The notes under the pieces: model-generated
Database searches by the model: none
The model's input: the letters and a program-made list of their open reading frames with translations, nothing else
Told to the model about the DNA's origin: nothing
Translations under genes and position numbers: made by a program
Shown: piece by piece, positions 56,673-64,000 of the stretch
How positions within the stretch are numbered: position 1 is the first letter of the stretch
Layout of the letters: every line of letters begins with the position of its first letter
Source: Calditrichaceae bacterium
Lineage (GTDB): Bacteria > Calditrichota > Calditrichia > Calditrichales > JBFXGD01
DNA: 64,000 nt
Reading direction: 5' to 3'
Assembly (NCBI GenBank): GCA_050178385.1
Contig: JBFXGD010000002.1
Location: 842 to 64,841, forward strand

Positions 56673-57704
56673 TTGATCACTTTTTTAGGAGGATCTGTAT
56701 TGAGCGCAAAAAAGCTGCCGTCAAAATATCCCGAAAAAATTTATGAATTCATTGTCTCTCATAATAACTTTCTGTTATCTGCCCATATGAATGCCGACGG
56801 AGACGCGATTGCTTCGGTTGTTGCGGTAAGTTTATTGCTTGATTCCTTAAAAAAAGACTATATCATGGTGTTTCATGATCAGAAGGTCGATATTAAGTAC
56901 CAGTATTTGAAAAACTCGGACCGGATCATGCGCTATTCAGAAGATGTTGATTTTGGAAAATATTTGCCATCCGGTAAAATTGAGAGCGCCATCATTCTTG
57001 ATGTTCCAAGCTATAAGCGGCTCGGTGATGTCTCTGCGCTTCTTCCCGATAAAAGTAATATTATCAAAATTGATCATCATCCCGTCGAGGATGTTATGGG
57101 TGAGATCGATTGGATTGATGAAAGCGCATCTTCGACTACCGCTATGTTTTATGAAGTCCTCGATATCTCAAAAACGGATATAGATATTGAACTGGCCAAG
57201 GCTATTTTTACTGGCATCGTTTATGATACCGGCCGATTTTCATTTTCAAATACGTCTTCCAGAGATCTTTATATCTGTTCCAGGATGGTTGAGAAAGGCG
57301 CGAAACCCGATGAAATAACGGACAGACTGTTTTTTCAGAACAGCATCGCCGCCCTCAAAACAATTGGAAAGGGTCTTAATTCTCTTGAAACTCATCTGGA
57401 CGGTCTGGTCAGTGTTGTTTATCTGAGCAACGAAGATCTGACAGGTAATAATCAAAGCGAGATTGAAGAACTTGCAAACTACAGCGCCGCAATAAAAGGC
57501 AGCAAAATAGGACTTTTCATTCGCGAAGCCCAACCCGGATTTCATAAAGTAAGCTTCCGTTCAAAGTGCGATATTGATGTTAATTTAGTCGCAAAAGCTC
57601 TTAACGGAGGCGGTCATGCCCGTGCCGCAGGCGCAAGATTGCATGGCACCAAAGATGAGATCATCGATAAAATTCTCCAGGAAATCAAAAAACAACTAAA
57701 ATAA
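56673..57704 (+). CDS. nrnA: DHH/DHHA1 phosphoesterase (NrnA-like oligoribonuclease/pAp phosphatase)
   Basis: HMNADGDAIASV, DHH (IKIDHHP) and GGGHARAAG (DHHA1) motifs. The real start is probably the TTG at 56700, 7 nt after AGGAGG. Confidence 0.85.
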   Translation: MITFLGGSVLSAKKLPSKYPEKIYEFIVSHNNFLLSAHMNADGDAIASVVAVSLLLDSLKKDYIMVFHDQKVDIKYQYLKNSDRIMRYSEDVDFGKYLPSGKIESAIILDVPSYKRLGDVSALLPDKSNIIKIDHHPVEDVMGEIDWIDESASSTTAMFYEVLDISKTDIDIELAKAIFTGIVYDTGRFSFSNTSSRDLYICSRMVEKGAKPDEITDRLFFQNSIAALKTIGKGLNSLETHLDGLVSVVYLSNEDLTGNNQSEIEELANYSAAIKGSKIGLFIREAQPGFHKVSFRSKCDIDVNLVAKALNGGGHARAAGARLHGTKDEIIDKILQEIKKQLK

Positions 57705-57726
57705 TCCCGTTTCATGAGCCCAAAAG

Positions 57727-57764
57727 TGTACGATACGGTACACTTTGCTGTACCGTCCGGTACA
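57727..57764. promoter_or_regulatory. Two tandem 16-bp palindromes (TGTACn-N4-GGTACA); candidate enhancer-binding-protein sites
   Basis: TGTACGatacGGTACA (57727-57742, arms match 5 of 6) and TGTACCgtccGGTACA (57749-57764, perfect 6-bp arms). Centres are 22 bp apart, about 90-125 bp upstream of the TGGCAC element. Confidence 0.55.
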
Positions 57765-57851
57765 AAATATCACGCCTGCCTCTCGCTTCCAAAATATTTC
57801 AATTTCCATAGACATCTGTTTTTCATGAGCTTAAATACCTGTGTAATTTCT

Positions 57852-57866
57852 TGGCACGGATTCTGT
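57852..57866 (+). promoter_or_regulatory. Candidate sigma-54 promoter upstream of the lipoprotein gene
   Basis: tTGGCACGgattCTGTa. The -24 half matches the consensus TGGCACG perfectly. The -12 half is degenerate (CTGT versus TTGC) but at the correct spacing. It lies ~100 nt upstream of the ATG at 57966. Confidence 0.45.
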
Positions 57867-57965
57867 AATATTACCCTGAAGAATGACAAATTCTATAAGG
57901 ATTAGTTCCGCGGGCCCGGAAAATATCCTATCATTTATCATCAAATCACATACGGGAGAATTAAA

Positions 57966-58943
57966 ATGAAGAAAATATTATTTATCATATCCGGTATCTC
58001 GATGCTGTTTTTCGCCGGTTGTCAAAATTCCAGTGACCCTTCAGTATCAGGTGTTGATGAAAGCGCCAACAACGAAGCGATTGAATATATCCTTGAACAG
58101 GATTCGGTCGATGTTCTTTTTGATCCGATTGATGATGTTTCCGAAGACAATTTCGGTGATGAGCCGGACTGGATGGCCGCGAAGATTTCGGATACAAGTT
58201 CGGACAGCGTATCTTACCGTTTTGGAAGAATCGGAACCCGGCCGGTGGAGCGAACAATCCAAATTATTTACGATACGGATACGACCGCGACAGCCTATAT
58301 CTATAAGAAGCTTGAAGGCAAATTTATCGTCATCAAAAAAGAAATTCTTCCTGACACATTGCAATTGACGAGATATGAAAAACCGATGATTCATGAAACC
58401 AATAAGATTGTTCATCTGAAAAAAATCCGTAATACCGATCAGCCGAGGTTAAACTGGAAAATCAGTGATATATCGCTCACGGAAGGAAATTCACCAGAAA
58501 ATACGGTCGAAATTGTAGAATTGACAATCATGCCTTCAGATCAGGATGATGTGGTGATTACCGATCCTCTTGATTACTGGTTAAACGGCGTCAACGTATT
58601 TACTTTCCCGAGATGGACCGATGTGACGCTTCGGGTTGTTGTAAAAAACAGTTCAGCAAATAAGATAGAATACCCGAAAGGTACACTGGCAACCGAGAAA
58701 GTATTGCTGCATTATGGTCGGAATCGCCGGGGAAATCATGCAAGAACTCCTTTGTTTTGGGTAGGTCAGAATGAGAATGGTAATAATGTATACGAAGGAA
58801 CCTGGACGGTAAAACAGTTCGCCGGATATCATCATGCCGTGGTAGATGTGATAGATAACGGCACGATTCTGGAAAGTGATGGCGACGCGTTCCCATACAA
58901 TTCGAATACCTGGTCAACACCATATCGTGTGACGAATTTTTGA
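57966..58943 (+). CDS. Hypothetical lipoprotein (325 aa)
   Basis: Lipobox MLFFAGC. Acidic N-terminal linker followed by a beta-rich body. I recognise no family motif. Confidence 0.5.
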   Translation: MKKILFIISGISMLFFAGCQNSSDPSVSGVDESANNEAIEYILEQDSVDVLFDPIDDVSEDNFGDEPDWMAAKISDTSSDSVSYRFGRIGTRPVERTIQIIYDTDTTATAYIYKKLEGKFIVIKKEILPDTLQLTRYEKPMIHETNKIVHLKKIRNTDQPRLNWKISDISLTEGNSPENTVEIVELTIMPSDQDDVVITDPLDYWLNGVNVFTFPRWTDVTLRVVVKNSSANKIEYPKGTLATEKVLLHYGRNRRGNHARTPLFWVGQNENGNNVYEGTWTVKQFAGYHHAVVDVIDNGTILESDGDAFPYNSNTWSTPYRVTNF

Positions 58944-58961
58944 ACAAATTTCCGGACTCCA

Positions 58962-58994
58962 GGCGCGTGGATTAAAACCCGCGCGCCATTTTTT
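58962..58994 (+). terminator. Intrinsic terminator after the lipoprotein gene
   Basis: GC-rich hairpin GGCGCGTGG...CCCGCGCGCC (58962-58987), followed by ATTTTTTG. Confidence 0.7.
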
Positions 58995-59096
58995 GTAACA
59001 TTATGTTGATGAAAATTAAGAAGTGAATGAAATTGCAATTAAACGGAGAATGGCTTAAACTTTTAATCAGATACTGTTTTCGGTGAAAGATAAAAG

Positions 59097-60593
59097 ATGA
59101 AAATAAAATATTTTATATTACTGCTTATGCTTGCGGTAAATCTTAATGGGCAGACTACTGATACGCAGGAAGTCCGGGACAGACTGCAAAGGCTCGCGCT
59201 GAAAATCACGGAAATTAGAAGGCAGGCTACCAGATATCAGAATCAGCCGGCGATAGAAAAGATTGAAACTGCTCAGCAGGAATATCTCCTTGCGGTTGAT
59301 TTTCTCAGACAGGATCCCCCCGAATTACTTAAAGCCAAATTTCATTTTCTGAATGCTGACCGGTTGGCGGACCAGGCGGCTAAACTGGTTTTATACAAAC
59401 CTCTTTCCAGATTGAAAAATGAGCTTGATCAGGCGATACATCGCGCCGAACTTGCGGTACACCGGTCAGGGAATGACGAAGCGCGTTATTTTCTGACAAA
59501 AGCAAGCGCTTTTCGCGGTAAAGCGGAAGAAGAGTTAAGGAATGGCAGACCGATTCGCAGCATGGAACTGGCGCGGATTTCTTACTATTTTGCTCAAAAA
59601 ACGATTGACATAGCAGAAGGTAATCTAAATACCGGCGACACGGATAATAGTTATGAAGATAAATTACTCAATATCGAAAATTTATATGGCGAAGTTTCAG
59701 GCAGCCAAAATAACAACGCGGATCTTGATGACCTTTTGAAAAAATCACGAATGTTTATAGATAAATCCGGGAGACTGTATGAACAGGGTTTGGTCAGACA
59801 GGCGCTGGTTCAATTACAGATAAGTGAGCGTCTTTTGTATCGCGCGCTGGATATTAGTCAGAGCAATGGAACAAACCGCGAGAATGAGTACAAAATTAAT
59901 TTATATTCATTAAGACGCTATATAGAAGCGGTGGAGGCCGGTTTTTCGGAGAACACTCCGGCGAGAGCCTCTGAATTTCTCCGCAAAGCCAGGCAATTTT
60001 ACCAGGACGCTGAGAAAGCATTGAACGCAAACCAATACGCCGAATTTGAGAAAAGTGTCGCCTTGTCCAACCGCTTCGCCGGAAAAGCGCTGCAGCTGAA
60101 CAACACAGAACCCACTGATGATATTGGGAACATTCCCGACAGGTTAAGTGAGATCGGGCAGATTTTCCGGTTACAAAATGCAAAGACAAACAATTCAGGG
60201 GATGCCATAGTAATCTTTTTCAACGAACAGGCGGAAAAAAATTTAGAGGTGGCCCGCCGCGCTTATGAAAACGGAAACAATGCAAAGGCTGTGGTAAGGC
60301 TGCAGATAGCGCTTCGTTTTATAAATCGCGCCGAATACCTGCTCGGCAGGCAAAAAGATTCCAATCTCAACAGCATGGATTATGAAGGTTTCATAGACAG
60401 ATATCGCGACATACTTGAAAGATTAAAACAAAATCGCGACATCGATAACAGAACCGTTTCCATGATAGAAGCCATAGATGATATGTTGGATGTCCTGGAA
60501 AAAAATTACAGAAAGGGAGATACCGGAACGGCTTCTGAGCTTGCCAATATTATTCAGAACCAGGTAAATGAATTGTTGAAAAATAGCCGTTGA
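59097..60593 (+). CDS. Secreted all-helical repeat protein (about six ~50-75-aa helical-hairpin repeats, DUF4398-like)
   Basis: Signal peptide MKIKYFILLLMLAVNLNG. Recurrent pattern ..A...L.KA......AE.....G......A......A......A (for example ARYFLTKASAFRGKAEEELRNG, ASEFLRKARQFYQDAEKALNAN, EKNLEVARRAYENGNNAKA). Confidence 0.55.
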   Translation: MKIKYFILLLMLAVNLNGQTTDTQEVRDRLQRLALKITEIRRQATRYQNQPAIEKIETAQQEYLLAVDFLRQDPPELLKAKFHFLNADRLADQAAKLVLYKPLSRLKNELDQAIHRAELAVHRSGNDEARYFLTKASAFRGKAEEELRNGRPIRSMELARISYYFAQKTIDIAEGNLNTGDTDNSYEDKLLNIENLYGEVSGSQNNNADLDDLLKKSRMFIDKSGRLYEQGLVRQALVQLQISERLLYRALDISQSNGTNRENEYKINLYSLRRYIEAVEAGFSENTPARASEFLRKARQFYQDAEKALNANQYAEFEKSVALSNRFAGKALQLNNTEPTDDIGNIPDRLSEIGQIFRLQNAKTNNSGDAIVIFFNEQAEKNLEVARRAYENGNNAKAVVRLQIALRFINRAEYLLGRQKDSNLNSMDYEGFIDRYRDILERLKQNRDIDNRTVSMIEAIDDMLDVLEKNYRKGDTGTASELANIIQNQVNELLKNSR

Positions 60594-62131
60594 GTAAGAA
60601 CCGCATGAATAAATCCATCCTTATGTTCATGGTTTTGACCTTAGCGGTAATGACCGGACAACTGACGGCCCAGACCGGCGCATCCCATAACTATCACCTC
60701 CTGATTGAAGAAATCAGCCTGTTCAGGCAATATTACCCAATGGAAAACGATAGTCAGGCGCTGATTGATTCAGCCGCCGGCTATGCGCAAAACAATGATT
60801 TCGATATGGCTGTGGTTTTTCTTGAGCAGATTATCTCAAAAATAAAAACAGAAAACGCCGTGGCTGCGCCCAATGCCGAAAATTCTCTAAATATTTATCC
60901 TGATCATAGTGATCGATTCGAATGGATGATCAGATCCGGAATTGATTTTAACCGCCAGGAATTTGAGATCAATTATGTGGAAAACGATTCACTCCTCACA
61001 GAAGAAATTCAAAAACCTTTTATTGGATTTCAGATGCTGTACTGGCTTATCCGAAAACCTGGAAACACGGGCCTGACGGTCAAAAACAATTTCCGGTATG
61101 ATGAAGAAAGCCTTGAAGAAAATTTGGAAATTAGACATATTTTTTCCGGTTTAAAAGTGAACGGGTATATGGAATATGGATTTAGTTATGACAAGAACAG
61201 CGTATATGAAGATTTTGGCTATATGGAGACCAGCGGTATCCAGCACCTGAGCTGGAATATTACGCCTGAAGATCAGTTACAAATAGACAATACAATCCGA
61301 TACAAAAAATATAAGAATGCGTCCAGAAGCATCCCTGATTTTGTAAAAAATACACTTAGTCTGAATCTTTTTCATCTCAATGAGCCCGGAAGCTCGACCA
61401 ATTTCTATTATAATGCGGATATGAATGAAAGTCTGAAGTACTCAAATAACGATTTTTTGGAACAGAATTTTAAATTATCACTAAGCAACTTGTTTACAAA
61501 TAGTTTTAAAAATGAATTAAGTCTGGGGTTCCGTCACAACCGTTATGCTTATTCGTTTGATGAAAGTGTCAACAGAAATCAGTCAAGAGTGTTCTCGGCG
61601 GAGACAGGAGCCGATTTTTTATTAAGGAAGAATTTGTTTTTGGAATCAGATTACATTCTGGATTACAAAAATTATTCACAAAAAACCGACCAGGAACCGG
61701 ATTACATTCAGCACCGGTTTGATACGGTATTAAAAAAATATTTTAATGATTATTTTGATTTTCAACTGGGTTACCTGTTTGAAACAAGGCATCACTTTTT
61801 GAGAGGGAATGCGGGGAAGGTATATGTAGATGAACAAAATTATACCGGCAATGGAATCATTACGGGGATTGATTATTCAGGGGGAAATAATACATTTATT
61901 TCCTTAAGTGGATCTTATACGTGGCGAAGATATCCCTATGCGCAGGATGCGGCGCTGTCCATTTATTCGGACCGTAATGTGTTTAGTCTTTTTTTAATAG
62001 GACAGATTCCGGTTGCCGGAAATATTATATTCAATATATTCGCTTCCTATGATAATGATCAGGATAAAGACTGGGATAAAAATGATACAAGAAGCGCGCT
62101 TTTTACATCCGAGATTGAATATAAGTTTTGA
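60590..62131 (+). CDS. Hypothetical outer-membrane beta-barrel protein (513 aa)
   Basis: Signal peptide. An N-terminal helical segment followed by alternating amphipathic strands rich in Y/N/D. C-terminal ...SEIEYKF (terminal Phe, OMP signature). The TTG start overlaps the upstream stop (GTTGA). Confidence 0.55.
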   Translation: MSKNRMNKSILMFMVLTLAVMTGQLTAQTGASHNYHLLIEEISLFRQYYPMENDSQALIDSAAGYAQNNDFDMAVVFLEQIISKIKTENAVAAPNAENSLNIYPDHSDRFEWMIRSGIDFNRQEFEINYVENDSLLTEEIQKPFIGFQMLYWLIRKPGNTGLTVKNNFRYDEESLEENLEIRHIFSGLKVNGYMEYGFSYDKNSVYEDFGYMETSGIQHLSWNITPEDQLQIDNTIRYKKYKNASRSIPDFVKNTLSLNLFHLNEPGSSTNFYYNADMNESLKYSNNDFLEQNFKLSLSNLFTNSFKNELSLGFRHNRYAYSFDESVNRNQSRVFSAETGADFLLRKNLFLESDYILDYKNYSQKTDQEPDYIQHRFDTVLKKYFNDYFDFQLGYLFETRHHFLRGNAGKVYVDEQNYTGNGIITGIDYSGGNNTFISLSGSYTWRRYPYAQDAALSIYSDRNVFSLFLIGQIPVAGNIIFNIFASYDNDQDKDWDKNDTRSALFTSEIEYKF

Positions 62132-62519
62132 ACTTCCGCTCTAAGATATTTAGCGGGTATCAAAATATATGGAAACAATAATTATAATAAGCCGTAAATT
62201 ATAAATGAAAATAAGGTTTTGTCTTTTAACTGATTAAAGTTTAATATTAAAAATGACTTGATTTAAACTTGGCATGTTTATATATTTCGTGTGATTTGAG
62301 TTCTCTGCCGTCAGTTAAATAAGACTAAAGTTTTAAGCCTTCAAGACTTTATTTATTTTATTATAACGGTTTTCTTTATTGGAAAATTTTGTATCAAGTA
62401 CAATTGATATTCTGAAATACTATAATATCGTGAAAACTAGTTCAGCAATACTTCATTTAATTTTATAGCGCGGGATTACTGCATTCAGAAAGATATTTTT
62501 AATCTTCTAGGAGTTACTA

Positions 62520-63719
62520 ATGGAATTATTTAATCTCTATCTTCTTTCAGCTTACCTGAAGAAGTGGTCATACGGAGATGGCCGGATTTCGATCAATTAT
62601 TCATACTGTACCGAACATGGATATGATCGCCACCATATTGATACGCGGATCGGTTCGCCCGGAAATATGGTTAATGAAATCATGAATAATGTTTTTTACA
62701 GGGCTAAGGAAAAGATTTTTAAGGATCAGAATGGATCCAACGAAGATGCCGCGAATACTCCCACCATCAATCTTGTAAATGATTCCGAAGTCAATCGTAA
62801 ATTATCAATATATATCTCAAAGATTCTTAAGGAATACAATCATAATAAACGAAGCCGGGGCAAATCGAGAATGATATCGACCCGCAGCCTTGATTTTTAT
62901 TATAATGATTTTGAATTTGAACCGTTGAGTGATGAAATAAAATTTTATGTCCATCTGAACAGAGGCGTCAATAAAATAAACGGTGATCTCTGGGAAAACG
63001 CGGTTGAAGACATTAAACAGGCTTTGCAGTACAAGCCGGATGATATCACCGCAAACAAATACATTGCGCAGGCACTGAATAAATTAGGTAGGCATGAACA
63101 AGCCCTTCCGCATTTAAAAATATGCGCTGAATATGAAAAAACACCTGAAAATCTGAATGCTCTGGCAGGGGGATATTCGCAGGTAGGAGAGTATAAGGAC
63201 GCGGAATCGGTTTATAAAGTAATCGGGAAAAAATATCCCGACTCTAATCTCGCCTTATTCGGCAGGGCGCAGCTTGCGTATAAGCTTGGAAAAGGGTTCA
63301 AATCGATTCTGGATAAAATATTTAAGAATGATCCCGAATGGCTTAAAAATCAGCTTAAAACCAATTGGGAGTATAAAATTCCGGAAAATTCAGAAGATGA
63401 ATCGACCATGTGGAACGCGGCTACTGCGGCCCGGTATCTGGGCTTTGAGCGTCCGTTTGATCTGACCCGCAGGGCATTTAATGACGATCTCCCGTCTTAT
63501 TTCGATTCTGAACGCGGGACTATCCGTTTTGTTAAATCGGAGCTGGACAATTGGGTTGAACTTACAAACCGTTACCAGGTGGACGGCGAGACCTATAAAA
63601 CATATGAAGACAGGTTGCTCCCCGCGGAAAAAGCAAAAGCGCGCAAAAAGAGAACAGTAAAAAAGAAAGAAGAAAAGGGTACTGAAGCGGATTATGATGA
63701 TGGGGCTGTTGCTCTCTAA
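62520..63719 (+). CDS. TPR-repeat protein with a C-terminal excisionase/MerR-type HTH and a Lys-rich tail
   Basis: TPR-like units (AVEDIKQALQYKPDD, ANKYIAQALNKLGRHEQALPHL, GEYKDAESVYKVIGKKYPDS). The HTH-like segment MWNAATAARYLGFERPFDLTRRAFNDDLPSYFDSERGTIRFVKSELDNWV follows the excisionase-family pattern. Tail KAKARKKRTVKKKEEK. Confidence 0.55.
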   Translation: MELFNLYLLSAYLKKWSYGDGRISINYSYCTEHGYDRHHIDTRIGSPGNMVNEIMNNVFYRAKEKIFKDQNGSNEDAANTPTINLVNDSEVNRKLSIYISKILKEYNHNKRSRGKSRMISTRSLDFYYNDFEFEPLSDEIKFYVHLNRGVNKINGDLWENAVEDIKQALQYKPDDITANKYIAQALNKLGRHEQALPHLKICAEYEKTPENLNALAGGYSQVGEYKDAESVYKVIGKKYPDSNLALFGRAQLAYKLGKGFKSILDKIFKNDPEWLKNQLKTNWEYKIPENSEDESTMWNAATAARYLGFERPFDLTRRAFNDDLPSYFDSERGTIRFVKSELDNWVELTNRYQVDGETYKTYEDRLLPAEKAKARKKRTVKKKEEKGTEADYDDGAVAL

Positions 63720-63748
63720 AGGTTAAAGTTATTACAGAATATATTTAA

Positions 63749-63783
63749 ATCCTTCCGGACTCTGAACGGGAGGATTTTTTTTT
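63749..63783 (+). terminator. Intrinsic terminator after the TPR-HTH gene
   Basis: ATCCTTCCG / CGGGAGGAT 9-bp stem (one G-U pair), 9-nt loop, T9 run. Confidence 0.85.
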
Positions 63784-63846
63784 GAGCATTTTTAGTGAGA
63801 TATTATTAAGTTTATAAGGATTTTGACTACAAGCAAACGGAATAAA

Positions 63847-64000
63847 ATGAGTAAAAACCTTTTATTAATAAATCCATGGATATATGATTTTACGGCGTAT
63901 GATTTATGGGGTAAACCGCTGGGACTTCTGTATATCGGATCATTTCTGAAAAAATTCGGATTTGATATAAATTATATTGATTGCCTTGATAAGCATTCCG
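63847..64000 (+). CDS. B12-binding-domain radical SAM protein, N-terminal fragment (continues beyond the window)
   Basis: My translation from the ATG at 63847 gives MSKNLLLINPWIYDFTAYDLWGKPLGLLYIGSFLKKFGFDINYIDCLDKH. This is the typical start of B12-binding (class B-like) radical SAM enzymes (LINP......P.GL.Y....L...G.....D). Confidence 0.6.
   Translation, partial: MSKNLLLINPWIYDFTAYDLWGKPLGLLYIGSFLKKFGFDINYIDCLDKHS

Noticed and set aside
57714-57905. A 63-aa plus-strand ORF in the nrnA-lipoprotein spacer.
   Set aside because: It has no Shine-Dalgarno sequence and coincides with the tandem palindromes and the TGGCAC element. The region is better explained as regulatory DNA.

Overview
The window is 64 kb of densely packed bacterial chromosome with moderate to low GC. 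I call about 58 CDS, 2 tRNAs, and no rRNA, CRISPR array, transposase or integrase. The gene content points to the FCB (Bacteroidota/Ignavibacteriota-like) superphylum: bacillithiol genes bshA and bshC, a PorV-like outer-membrane protein, an archaeal-type ProRS, an Spt-type lipid cluster and many lipoproteins. That lineage call is inference only.

Most of the window is housekeeping:
- Cell wall and envelope: amidase, murI, mtgA, a BamA-like protein.
- Core functions: obg, dprA, an EF-G paralogue, proS.
- Metabolism: nfnAB, mdh, hutI, gap-pgk-tpiA-secG-tRNA-Leu, and the purine/nucleoside salvage genes add, yjjX and mtaD.
- Transport: trkHA.

The region that looks like an undescribed system is a co-directional minus-strand block at about 7.7-15.3 kb. 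It encodes a TAT-exported 4x[4Fe-4S] NrfC-like protein, a NrfD-like membrane subunit and a 13-haem c-type cytochrome, with no catalytic subunit. These are followed by a histidine kinase and two response regulators.
- The kinase has a periplasmic domain carrying CXXCH and CX4CH motifs, and its ATPase domain is split by a Cys-rich insertion of about 128 aa.
- Both regulators have as output a glycine-cleavage-H-like domain that lacks the lipoyl lysine. One of them is membrane anchored.
- A GG-N10-GC sigma-54-type promoter with upstream direct repeats precedes the block, and a strong intrinsic terminator follows it.

Other points worth a second look:
- A second sigma-54-like promoter with two tandem 16-bp palindromes lies upstream of an unknown lipoprotein gene, which is followed by co-oriented helical-repeat protein and beta-barrel genes.
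- A candidate bacterial ceramide core (Spt, a GNAT-like acyltransferase, an SDR reductase) sits at 41.7-45.9 kb.
- An 881-aa orphan glycosidase-like protein and a PSCyt1-like lipoprotein with a CX5CH motif are adjacent at 30.3-33.4 kb.

All homology statements are by-eye motif recognition. No searches were run.
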